Source: Paraphysomonas bandaiensis (taxonomy: Eukaryota > Protista > Chrysophyceae). Taken from it: a stretch of DNA of 64,000 nt. Positions 26,189 through 39,303 of the stretch are shown one piece after another. The notes beneath the pieces are model-generated. The model made no database searches, was not told the DNA's origin, and was given only the letters and a program-made list of their open reading frames with translations. The position numbers and the translations under genes were made by a program. Each line of letters begins with the position of its first letter. The first letter of the stretch is position 1. The stretch covers positions 62,001-126,000 of the forward strand of contig CBFFRP010000365.1 of assembly GCA_965644295.1 (NCBI GenBank), written 5' to 3'.

Positions 26189-26570
26189 TATTGTAACCGT
26201 TCTGTTTATTCCAATTCAGGTCAAGAAGCACTTTTCTGAGACAACATAGTTGGTTATTACATTTCATTTGCCTAGTTGTATATCTCTTTTCGCGCGTAGT
26301 CCAGTCGAATACATAATCATAAGTATTTATGACATCTAGATGAATGATGATGTTAAATGATATCAGACCATACGCTCATGCTTAACCACCTTCTAATTAT
26401 TAAAGAAATACAATACGAGTATGTCATTTGGAAAATGAAGTTCAACCTCTATTGCAGTACAAAAACGGGATCATTATACTAATAATTACTAAACTATCAA
26501 TATAAGAACACATGACACTATTTAGCTTTCTTTCATCCAACATCAGATAATCGAGACTAAACTTTCAACT

Positions 26571-29500
26571 TCAAAATGAACTTTTCAGGACGGAGCATAA
26601 CATCCGCATATCTGTTCGACGTATCGATGTACCATGAAGAGTTTCCGCTTCCCCAAGTGATCCCAATATCATGGCAACCACAGTACTCAGGCTATGACCA
26701 GTGGAGTTTGATATCCCGCCGCGCAAATCATCCTTAAAAGGTAGCAAATGCATAATGATTTCCTTTAGCCATTCGATACGTAGAGTAAAGCCCTGGTGTA
26801 GCCATTGATGTACAAAACATTAGCTACCACATACTATACGAATTTACTATGAATAACACAGTTGCGCACTACATGATTCATAGAACAAAATATGTATAGT
26901 ACAAAAACTACATATGTATCTATGTACCTCGCTTGGTTCTGATTTCGACAGGTTTGCAGCAAGTTGCTGAGCTGTGCACAGTAAAGGCACCGCCTATACA
27001 ACACCCCATGAACAAAATACAAAGCACTAAATACGCTCAGTACGTCGTCAGAAATATAAACAGAAAGCACGTCGAATGCAAGCTAATACCATTTTTATGA
27101 AATAAGCAGTGGGTACAGAAATGTATATACAATTTCTATTTACTGCTACACAAAATGGGATGACATCTCAGAGATAGCAACTGGTCATAAGCTCACCTCA
27201 GTAGTTTCTAAGAGCGCCCCAATAGAACCTGTATCTTCTTGCTGTTTCTTGAGTATCCAAATAACATTTTCGACGTCTTTTCCCTCTAGCGCAACCTCTA
27301 AACTCTCCGCTATACGGCCCTATATAAACAACACATACCAATTTTAAAAAATGTATTTCGGTGCGCCGAACATTTCCTGAGAGTTCTCGTAGAATTTCTA
27401 TGCTTAGTCATCAACAATAACGAAACACACCTCTTTAAACAGCACTACATGGTCCGTCTCAGTCTGCATTCCCCTAGGAATTGAACTGCTGGTCAATCCT
27501 GACTTCAATGCAGCCAATATTGTGGCAGTTTGAGCCTCCAAGGCCTCCGCATGGACACGTGACATGTCATGTAAACGGGTTTCAAGCACATGTACCGACG
27601 ACCGAAGCTCAGCGACCTGCGCCACCAATATGAAAGAGTGAAAGCGAATGGTGCATGTCATGTCACATCAGTATTACCTCTTGCTTCAAATTCTCATTGT
27701 CGGCCATGGCAGCATCGTGTACTGCCTTGCTATGAGCCATCATCGCCTGCATACCCGTATCGAAAGTCTGCAGAGACCAGCACATTACACAATGCCGACA
27801 TTCGTATATTCCAGTGATGCATAACGCAAACATTCAATGTCCACACATAAACATGACATATCGAGATTTTATACGACTCCACATTGTGTAAATACCTGTT
27901 GCATTTGCTGAAACATTTCTTGGGCACCTGCTTGATATGCTGGGATGATGGTCGCTTCGAATGCAGCTCGGAAGGACTTAACAAGAGTGGGTCGCAGGTT
28001 GTCCTTGACAGAATCACGGACAGCATCTTTAGACGACTGGGAGATGAATGGACCAAGTTCTGTTCTTAAGTCCGACGAAATTTGATTTGACAACTGAAAA
28101 AACTAAGTCAGTATATACAATATACATGCACTAGGGTCAAATGTGAACATCTACTACATATGAGATGTGCTGACCAGGTTTTTATGCAGGAAGTACAGAT
28201 ATCACATACGGTGCATACCTCTTCTCGCCACTGTTCAGATCCCAGAATTTTGGCCACTGCTTGTTGAGACTGCTTCTCTGCCATGGCCTTGACCGTTCCA
28301 AGCATTTGCTTCTCAACACCTTTTCATATAAAACATCATGAACAGATAATCGGGATTGCCATATTTCAAATGAGACAGCACATCACACTATTTTGCACAC
28401 ACACCTTTGAGAACATCTTGCACTATATGGGCTCGAAGGTCCACTATATTTTTGGTGCTGAGGTCTGCCGATTTGGTTTTAGATGTTGCCTGCACAACGC
28501 ATACGCCATATTAGCAAGTGCTCCTACATATATGCGTGTACTACAACGATATATACTGTTACATATGTGAAACTGTTCAAACCTTATCATGCAGAGATTG
28601 CACCATCCTGGCCATATTGTTGACTTTAGCATTGACTGTTTCCAAAGTTATTTTATCGACACCTATCACATCCTTTGTCAACTGCTTTTCAGGCACACTC
28701 TTAGGTGTATTTTGTTGCGAATTGGATATGGTCTGCGATGCTATTTCCCATTCGTCCTCGTCCTCTTCTCTTGTTGACTTTCTTTTTTGTTGTTGATCAA
28801 CTTTTATCTCAGGTGTTCCGGGCTCTTGAGCTTGGACTTCTTGGACAACTGCAGCTACTTTGAGAGTGGACTCAGTTCCACCCATTAGGGCATTCAGATC
28901 TACCGGGATTTTCCTAGATTTTCCTTGACTCCCTTCGACATTCGAGCTTGAATACGAAGCATCTTCATTCTTCGGCTTGGCAAATGGGATCACCGGCGGA
29001 CCTCTTGTTTCAGTTTTCACAGGTAGTTTCGCTTCCTGAATCGAAGAGGGTCCGTTGCTCCCATCACTAGTTCCACGCATTGACGCCTCAGCGGCAACAG
29101 GTTTTGACTTCAGCGCACTCAAAAGGAGATTTTTACTCTTCACCCCGATATCTACACTGTCGCTTGGGAGAGACGAGGTAGACCCAGAGGCCACAGTTAC
29201 AGTTGAACCTGGCTTAGCTGAACCTTCCTTCTTTACAGCGAAATCAGGGAATGCGCCTGGTGGTAGCGTCGTGTCCGAGCTAATAAAAGAGATGCCCGCA
29301 GTTCCTCCAGACAGTGGTGAAGGAGCCGTGGGGAGAGAAATGGATGTGGTTGGGGGAGTTGAAGGCTCCCTATCTTCTGTAGGCTCATCCGACGATTTCA
29401 CTGATGTTTGAGCTATTGGCTGCTCTTGTGCATCAGTGGTGGGAGGAGATACCACGCCTTTGATCACATTATGCCCCATATTATCAGCGGTTTCAGTGTT

Positions 29501-32500
29501 TTTGCTCGCTGCCCCACCCTCATCAGCCCCACTATAAGAGTCATCTAAGTTGACAAGGTTCAAAATTTCAGCTTCCAAAGTGGAGTCTACACTATCATTT
29601 CGCGTCTCTCTCTTTGCTTGCACAGGCGGTTCTTTCGGCTGAACCCAGTCACAAGGAACATTATATTGTTTGACTGCTAACTGGTTAGATAGCTGATCTT
29701 GCATACATGTTACCACAACATGGGGGGCCTGACCCTCGTTGGCCCCATCTTGAAGAAACATAGTGCCAGCTAATACACTAGTCACAGGAAGCTTCAGATC
29801 AAGGAAAGTACAGTGATAAAACGGCATCCCAGCTGAGGATGCACCGTGATTCAGAGCAACACAGGCCACAGCATAGCAAGAGCTGCACAGATGTTAGTAT
29901 TACTTAAGACACTCATCGATATCCTATTCTTGGTTAATACAACATAAACAGGAAACAGCATACTAAGCACAGTTACAACAATATAAGATCGACCTCAGCA
30001 TTATATATTTTGCAATCACTAGCATTTTGCTTCAAAGATTGTTCGCATTATACTTATCATTGGTCGATACAATATATACACAATAACACATATATTGTAG
30101 TTTCATCATCATTCGCAACTGGTTTGCTTCAAAGATTGTGTACATTACAAGTATCATTTGTTAATACAACACAAACAAGAAATAGCATATCAGTTAGATA
30201 TACGTCAGGCATATATCGACCTCAGCAAAAATTTTTGCAATCACTAGCATTTTGCTTCAAAGATTGTTCACATTATACTTATCATTGGTCGATTTTACAT
30301 ATACACAATAACACATATATTATAGTTTCATCATCATTCGCAACTGGTTGCTTCAAAGATTGTGTACATTACAAGTATCATTTGTTAATACAACACAAAC
30401 AAGAAATAGCATATCAGTTAGATATACGTCAGGCATATATCGACCTCAGCATTATATTTTGCAATCACTAGCATTTTGCTTCAAAGATTGTTCACATTAT
30501 ACTTATCATTGGTCGATTTTACATATACACAATAACACATATATTGTAGTTTCATCATCATTCGCAACTGGTTTGCTTCAAAGATTGTGTACATTACAAG
30601 TATCATTTGTTAATACAACACAAAACAGGAAATAGCATATCAGTTAGATATACGTCAGGCATATATCGACCTCAGCATTATATTTTGCAATCACTAGCAT
30701 TTTGCCTCAAAGATTGTTCACATTATACTTATCATTGGTCGATACTACATATACACAATAACACATATATTATAGTTTCATCATCATTCGCAACTGGTTT
30801 GCTTTAAAGATTGTGTACATAAAAAGTATCATTGGTTAATACAACACAAACAAGAAATAGCATATCAGTTAGATATACGTCAGGCATATATCGACCTCAG
30901 CAATATATTATGCAATCACTAGCATTTTGCTTCAAAGATTGTTCACATTATACTTATCATTGGTCGATACTACATATACACAATAACACATATATTATAG
31001 TTTCATCATCATTCGCAACTGGTTTGCTTTAAAGATTGTGTACATAAAAAGTATCATTGGTTAATACAACACAAACAAGAAATAGCATATCAGTTAGATA
31101 TACGTCAGGCATATATCGACCTCAGCATTATATTATGCAATCACTAGCATTTTGCTTCAAAGATTGTTCACATTATACTTATCATTGGTCGATACTACAT
31201 ATACACAATAACACATATATTGTAGTTTCATCATCATTCGCAACTGGTTTGCTTCAAAGATTGTGTACATTACAAGTATCATTTGTTAATACAACACAAA
31301 ACAGGAAATAGCATATCAGTTAGATATACGTCAGGCATATATCGACCTCAGCATTATATTATGCAATCACTAGCATTTTGCTTCAAAGATTGTTCACATT
31401 ATACTTATCATTGGTCGATTTTACATATACACAATAACACATATATTATAGTTTCATCATCATTCGCAACTGGTTTGCTTCAAAGATTGTGTACATTACA
31501 AGTATCATTTGTTAATACAACACAAACAAGAAATAGCATATCAGTTAGATATACGTCAGGCATATATCGACCTCAGCATTATATTATGCAATCACTAGCA
31601 TTTTGCTTCAAAGATTGTTCACATTATACTTATCATTGGTCGATACTACATATACACAATAACACATATATTGTAGTTTCATCATCATTCGCAACTGGTT
31701 TGCTTCAAAGATTGTGTACATTACAAGTATCATTTGTTAATACAACACAAAACAGGAAATAGCATATCAGTTAGATATACGTCAGGCATATATCGACCTC
31801 AGCATTATATTATGCAATCACTAGCATTTTGCTTCAAAGATTGTTCACATTATACTTATCATTGGTCGATTTTACATATACACAATAACACATATATTAT
31901 AGTTTCATCATCATTCGCAACTGGTTTGCTTTAAAGATTGTGTACATAATAAGTATCATTGGTTAATACAACACAAACAAGAAATAGCATATCAGTTAGA
32001 TATACGTCAGGCATATATCGACCTCAGCATTATATTATGCAATCACTAGCATTTTGCTTCAAAGATTGTTCACATTATACTTATCATTGGTCGATACTAC
32101 ATATACACAATAACACATATATTATAGTTTCATCATCATTCGCAACTGGTTTGCTTCAAAGATTGTGTACATTACAAGTATCATTGGTTAATACAACACA
32201 AACAAGAAATAGCATATCAGTTAGATATACGTCAGGCATATATCGACCTCAGCATTATATTATGCAATCACTAGCATTTTGCTTCAAAGATTGTTCACAT
32301 TATACTTATCATTGGTCGATACTACATATACACAATAACACATATATTATAGTTTCATCATCATTCGCAACTGGTTTGCTTCAAAGATTGTGTACATTAC
32401 AAGTATCATTTGTTAATACAACACAAAACAGGAAATAGCATATCAGTTAGATATACGGCAGGCATATATCGACCTCAGCATTATATTTTGCAATCACTAG

Positions 32501-35500
32501 CATTTTGCTTCAAAGATTGTTCACATTATACTTATCATTGGTCGATACTACATATACACAATAACACATATATTATAGTTTCATCATCATTCGCAACTGG
32601 TTGCTCCAAAGATTGTGTACATAATAAGTATCATTTGTTAATACAACACAAACAAGAAATAGCATATCAGTTAGATATACGTCAGGCATATATCGACCTC
32701 AGCATTATATTATGCAATCACTAGCATTTTGCTTCAAAGATTGTTCACATTATACTTATCATTGGTCGATACTACATATACACAATAACACATATATTAT
32801 AGTTTCATCATCATTCGCAACTGGTTTGCTTCAAAGATTGTGTACATTACAAGTATCATTTGTTAATACAACACAAAACAGGAAATAGCATATCAGTTAG
32901 ATATACGTCAGGCATATATCGACCTCAGCATTATATTATGCAATCACTAGCATTTTGCTTCAAAGATTGTTCACATTATACTTATCATTGGTCGATACTA
33001 CATATACACAATAACACATATATTATAGTTTCATCATCATTCGCAACTGGTTTGCTTCAAAGATTGTGTACATTACAAGAATCATTGGTTAATACAACAC
33101 AAACAAGAAATAGCATATCAGTTAGATATACGTCAGGCATATATCGACCTCAGCATTATATTATGCAATCACTAGCATTTTGCTTCAAAGATTGTTCACA
33201 TTATACTTATCATTGGTCGATACTACATATACACAATAACACATATATTATAGTTTCATCATCATTCGCAACTGGTTTGCTTCAAAGATTGTGTACATTA
33301 CAAGTATCATTTGTTAATACAACACAAAACAGGAAATAGCATATCAGTTAGATATACGTCAGGCATATATCGACCTCAGCATTATATTTTGCAATCACTA
33401 GCATTTTGCTTCAAAGATTGTTCACATTATACTTATCATTGGTCGATACTACATATACACAATAACACATATATTATAGTTTCATCATCATTCGCAACTG
33501 GTTGCTCCAAAGATTGTGTACATAATAAGTATCATTTGTTAATACAACACAAACAAGAAATAGCATATCAGTTAGATATACGTCAGGCATATATCGACCT
33601 CAGCATTATATTATGCAATCACTAGCATTTTGCTTCAAAGATTGTTCACATTATACTTATCATTGGTCGATACTACATATACACAATAACACATATATTA
33701 TAGTTTCATCATCATTCGCAACTGGTTTGCTTCAAAGATTGTGTACATTACAAGTATCATTTGTTAATACAACACAAAACAGGAAATAGCATATCAGTTA
33801 GATATACGGCAGGCATATATCGACCTCAGCATTATATTTTGCAATCACTAGCATTTTGCTTCAAAGATTGTTCACATTATACTTATCATTGGTCGATACT
33901 ACATATACACAATAACACATATATTATAGTTTCATCATCATTCGCAACTGGTTGCTCCAAAGATTGTGTACATAATAAGTATCATTTGTTAATACAACAC
34001 AAACAAGAAATAGCATATCAGTTAGATATACGTCAGGCATATATCGACCTCAGCATTATATTATGCAATCACTAGCATTTTGCTTCAAAGATTGTTCACA
34101 TTATACTTATCATTGGTCGATACTACATATACACAATAACACATATATTATAGTTTCATCATCATTCGCAACTGGTTTGCTTCAAAGATTGTGTACATTA
34201 CAAGTATCATTTGTTAATACAACACAAAACAGGAAATAGCATATCAGTTAGATATACGGCAGGCATATATCGACCTCAGCATTATATTTTGCAATCACTA
34301 GCATTTTGCTTCAAAGATTGTTCACATTATACTTATCATTGGTCGATACTACATATACACAATAACACATATATTATAGTTTCATCATCATTCGTAACTG
34401 GTTGCTTCAAAGATTGTGTACATTACAAGTATCATTTGTTAATACAACACAAACAGGAAATAGCATATCAGTTAGATATACGTCAGGCATATATCGACCT
34501 CAGCATTATATTTTGCAATCACTAGCATTTTGCTTCAAAGATTGTTCACATTATACTTATCATTGGTCGATACTACATATACACAATAACACATATATTA
34601 TAGTTTCATCATCATTCGTAACTGGTTGCTTCAAAGATTGTGTACATTACAAGTATCATTTGTTAATACAACACAAACAGGAAATAGCATATCAGTTAGA
34701 TATACGTCAGGCATATATCGACCTCAGCATTATATTTTGCAATCACTAGCATTTTGCTTCAAAGATTGTTCACATTATACTTATCATTGGTCGATACTAC
34801 ACAGATACAAAAACATACATTGCAGTAATTTGAGGCAAATACATTGTTCATATAGTGTGTCATGTGCTGCTATTGAAATCATCATAAGTGCACTTTGTTT
34901 TGTGGAACATTTCAAGTCGTACCTGTTTGTGATAATAGCATATTGGCCCCCAGCTGAATCCAACGTAATTGACAACACATCTGTTGTACCCGAGGCATGT
35001 CTGGGTAGGTGAATGTGAACTTGTTGCTGTATAGTGGACTCCTCGGATGGAGTAATTTTATGGGCAGAGAGAAGCATTGAGTCTTTTGCTGAGGTCAGTG
35101 TTAGCAGTGACCAAGAGTTGCAGGTGACATCGCCGGAATTGTTGGGCATAAAGGCAAGTCCAGAACATGGGCTGGAAGAAGATATGGTGGAAAACGGCTC
35201 CACTTCGCCCTGCCCACGGTGGATCTGACAATAATTCTAGTTATCCCACGAGCATATACACGAGAACATTGATCACCACTATTGAATTGTTCAAACAGTG
35301 CAATCGATGAATGTTACCACTTACCGAACTGACACCACTAGCACCTTGCGGGAGTTTAAATACACCAATAGTACAGTCTGCTTCGTTTACAACAGCTAAC
35401 AAGGCTCCATCGCTAGAAAATGCAAAATCTACATTTGAATAATATATATGTCAACTACAGTAGAAAGCAGATATAAAAATGACCTGCAACGTTGTCGTTG

Positions 35501-36132
35501 AAATTCAAGTGCAGTGCAAAATCAATATAACGGCTCGGAGGTGAGCCCCGCTTTTCTAAGTCATTTACATGTTGCGCGGAGAAAATCGACAACTCATTCT
35601 TGTGAGAAATAGCCCACACATCTTCTGAAAGAGGATGTCCTCTTACTATAGTAGCAGGAAATGGTAGTTTTGTCACCATAACATGTCCGAGAGTGGAGTC
35701 ATTATAGGTCATTCTCCACACATGGACAGCACCAGCATCCCCACCATCAACAGAACACAGTACATCACTTGAACAAGATGAAAATTTGATATCAACTACA
35801 GCACTAGTATGACCACGTAATAATTCTTTACTACCTGTTGCTGTATGAATTATACGAAGTAAATTCCCTTTGACAATATAACAGATATAATTATCACTAA
35901 CAGCAATACAATAACGATAAGTTTGAGGTTCATTTTTCATGAAACAAACTGTTTGACATTTAGGAATTAATGCATGATCTTTATGATATTCACATGTATG
36001 TACTTTATGTACAATCGCTTCACCATGACACCTACATATAGAATTAATAGAATACAAGATATATGCATAGAATATCTACTTGGAATGAATGTCCGCTTGA
36101 AAGGCATCACCAATTAAATGTGTATAATCCAT
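26571..36132 (-). CDS. EDC4: Enhancer of mRNA decapping 4 / VARICOSE (WD40, low-complexity linker, helical C-terminus), multi-exon
   Basis: N-terminal WD40 IAVSDNYICY...LRIIH...LLRGHTSAVVDIKF; helical SFRAAFEATIIPAYQAGAQEMFQQM; C-terminal LLCTAQQLA, RIEWLKEII. Contains a 5040-nt intron at 29883-34922. Confidence 0.88.
29930..34802. repeat. ~225-bp tandem repeat, ~22 copies, inside one EDC4 intron
   Basis: CGACCTCAGC recurs every 224-227 bp from 29990 to 34719; each unit has an internal partial duplication (TTGCTTCAAAGATTGT twice). Confidence 0.98.
29988..34796 (-). ncRNA. Tandem cluster of ~22 putative box C/D snoRNA copies (~80 nt each, e.g. 34716-34796 and 29988-30068); D' guide to LSU rRNA A-loop uridine (yeast Um2921, snR52-like target)
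   Basis: Minus strand: TATCGACC-A-ATGATAA (C)...GTGAACAATCT-TTGA (D')...GTGATTG (C')...CTGA (D)-GGTCGATA. Terminal stem of 7-8 bp. The guide is complementary to conserved LSU GGAUUGUUCAC, with the fifth nucleotide upstream of D' opposite the U preceding G. Confidence 0.72.
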
Positions 36133-36814
36133 TCGAATGATAGTTTTCACTGATTGTATGTATTAGTTGAGTTAATAGATTGGTATGAACTATACATACA
36201 TCTCAAGTAGTGTGGCTATGTAATGACTGTCATCGTATTGGCAGTCAGCATCTTATTTTTCGGAAATAAATTGAAGCAAATATAATCTATATAATAGCAG
36301 TATAAATACGGCTGGAATACAGATAGTTGTTGTCTCAATATATGAGGCATCATGGAACAAAAATATACATACGATATTGTCCAATACAGGAACCATTATT
36401 TCTTGAACTGAATTATCTCTTTAAGATACTATCGAAGATTTTCACTCTATATAAACAGAAAATGTCTTTACAAGATACTAAACTTGTGGTATTGTGTTGA
36501 AGTGAATCTAAATATATCCATTTTATTGCATAAAAATCCATTTTCTAACACATTTCTCATATATTTCTACTATTTTCTTCTTAATATTCACATAGATACA
36601 ACTTTCCATAAATTTTTAGAAAATCTCTTCAATAATAAACTGAAAATGACTCTTCAAGGTACTTATTTTCTATACTATCCAACTCGTAATGCTCTCATGC
36701 TATAGAACTCAACATATATATACATATACATCCATCCACGTCTAGTTCCTACATTAAAATCTAGACTTAAAGATCAAAGAGTTGATTGATTCATCAATAA
36801 AGTGATCGCGGATC

Positions 36815-38938
36815 ATGTCGCTTGGATCTATGGTAAGATTACTAGATTATTGTTATCAGTATTAACCAATACAATAGCCTTGTATTGTCTGTGACAATGG
36901 TACTGGATTTGTTAAGGTAACTATCCATATATATACACGTATACTCTCTCAAATACCACCATGAATACAGGTCGGATATGCTGGACAAAACTTTCCATCC
37001 CATATATATCCATCAATGGTGGGAAGGCCTATACTCCGTGCAGAGGAGGCTGTATCTGAAACATTAGAGTTAAAGGAAGTCATGTGTGGAGATGAGGCAG
37101 CAGCTGTCAGACATTCACTTGATATTAAATATCCAGTAAGTATCTTCTTCTATATGATATGTATGTGTGTGTTTCATATGTATGTATTCAATTAAGACCA
37201 ATGATAAATATTATGTGAACAATCTTTGAAGCAAAACGCTTGTGATTGCAATATTTTACTGCTGAGGTCGATCTATTTGATGTAACTGTAATCAGTATTA
37301 TTACATTCGTATTTACGATTGTATTGAGATGTGATATTGGAAATATATTATTTTTGAGTGCTTTTATTTGCTAGGTTGACAATGGTATTGTTAAAAACTG
37401 GGATGATATGGAGCATCTATGGAATTACACCTTCTTCGAAAAACTCCAGGTATGCACCAGACCTTATGCGCGTATATATGAGTCCGTTAATGACCTTACC
37501 TATTATAATTATGCTAATATTTTTGTGCTAGATTAACCCTGCGGAGAACAAGATCTTACTTACCGAACCGCCAATGAATCCTGCCAAGAATAGAGAGAGA
37601 CTCGTCGAGAAGATGTTTGAAACTTACCAATTCGGAGCTGCCAATGTGTCTATTCAGGCTATGCTTACACTATATGCCCAGGGGTTACTTACAGGTGTGT
37701 GGACGCGGCTATGATATGCGGTACATTGCTTTTTATTTTACACGTTACTCGCATGTCGAGGTCACTGCTAGTTGCATTCCCTAAATGCTATATATATATG
37801 TAAAACACGAAAAAGATTATAGGTGACTGTTTTGTGATTTTTCTTCTATTTCATAGGAGTTGTTGTGGACACTGGAGATGGCGTTACTCATGTTGTACCG
37901 GTTTATGATGGGTTTGTACCTCAAAACTTAATTCGACGTCTTGATGTTGCTGGCCGACACATCACGAACTATTTCATTAAATTGCTTATGCTTCGTGGAT
38001 ATGCATTCAACCGGACGGCTGACTTCGAGACAGTGCGCCAGATTAAGGAGAAGATGTGCTACGTGGCATATGATATCAACCAAGAGAGGTCACTTGCACA
38101 GGAGACCACATGCTTGATGGAGACTTACACTTTACCGGATGGAAGGGTAATTAAAATGGGCAGAGAGCGCTTCGAGGCTCCTGAGGCCCTCTTTAACCCC
38201 CACCTCATTGATTGTGAGAAAGTGAGTTTGTTACTTCTATTGCATTATTGATTTTAATTATTATACCTGTTAAAAGGTGGGAATGGCCGATATGGTGTTT
38301 GAGATGATTCAAAGCGCTGATATTGATACCAGAGCTGAATACTACAAGCACATCGTGTTGTCAGGTGTGTAGTGCTCTATATTGGGAGGCATATATGCGT
38401 ATTAGATGAAACTGTGTGAGGAAATAAAATCAATCACCATCTTTCAACTGAGGCTCTGCCACTGTTGACAATAGATCCCAACATGTTCTGACAGTTTCGC
38501 TACGTATTATATGAAATGTTGCATTTTTATTTGCTTCAATATATGTCCTTTTTTCGATGATTTCTTTTATGTTCCATAGGTGGTTCTTCTATGTATCCTG
38601 GTCTGCCATCACGCTTGGAGAAGGATATTAAAGATAGGTACCTAAATGAAGTACTCAAGGGCAATGTGGATAGGTACGTGTGTAAGCATAACTTTGTGTA
38701 TGTAAGAAGTTTGTTAATATGTACGAGCATGTATAAGCAAAGCGTGACGTTACTGTTTATCAGGATGAAGAAGTTTAAGATCAAGATTGAAGATCCTCCA
38801 CGAAGAAAACATATGGTGTTCCTGGGTGGATCTGTGCTGGCCGACATCATGAAAGATCGTAATGAGTTTTGGATGACTAAGCAAGACTATGATGAAGGAG
38901 GTCTGAGAGCTGTCCTCAGTAAGATTGGAAAATCTTGA
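36815..38938 (+). CDS. ARP2: Actin-related protein 2, multi-exon
   Basis: [74 protein letters not shown] (ARP2-specific). Confidence 0.96.
37196..37269 (+). ncRNA. Intronic box C/D snoRNA, single-copy paralog of the array module (LSU A-loop Um guide)
   Basis: GACC-A-ATGATAA (37201-37207)...GTGAACAATCT (37215-37225)-TTGA...GTGATTG...CTGA (37262-37265)-GGTC. Sense orientation in an ARP2 intron, 105 nt upstream of the 3' splice site. Confidence 0.78.
38408..38498 (+). ncRNA. Intronic double-guide box C/D snoRNA (D' guide to LSU Am807-equivalent, snR39/snR59-like target)
   Basis: 7-bp stem GAAACTG/CAGTTTC; C box GTGAGGA (38416); 12-nt guide TCACCATCTTTC, complementary to conserved LSU GAAAGAUGGUGA, before D' CTGA (38448); guide TCCCAACA before D CTGA (38488) matches the adjacent UGUUGGGA. 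Confidence 0.85.
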
Positions 38939-39303
38939 GTACAAGAACAAAAAGAAAGACAGTCTGAGTCGGATGTGAAGATGTGTGTGTGGGGTAGATT
39001 ACGGAACAGCGCTTATCCGGGATAAAATAGCTTGCTGACACAATGAAACCATTCTTTCTAGTATAGAGCATTGCGATATGAATAATGGAATCGTCTAGTA
39101 GTCATGTGGGAACTATTCTTGGTTTAAGTGTTAGGCTTTACCTATAATTTATAAATATGTTCGTAGCTTTCCATGCTGTGGAGATTGTGAGCAACAACGT
39201 TGACTGAAATGCTATAGTATAAGGGGCAGTTAATGGCAGTAGTACACTGAAATATAAAATGTACTAGAGAAACTGAAACACTGTGGAAATTGTGATGGTC
39301 TAA

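Noticed and set aside
29930-34802. CRISPR array or repeat-protein gene
   Set aside because: No unique spacers, no cas genes, eukaryotic intron context; the plus-strand ORFs are broken by variable indels and are antisense to EDC4.
30060-34810. Recursive splicing signals in each array unit (CTAAC, pyrimidine tract, TATATGTAG on the minus strand)
   Set aside because: The AG is not followed by GT and is absent from several copies; insufficient support.
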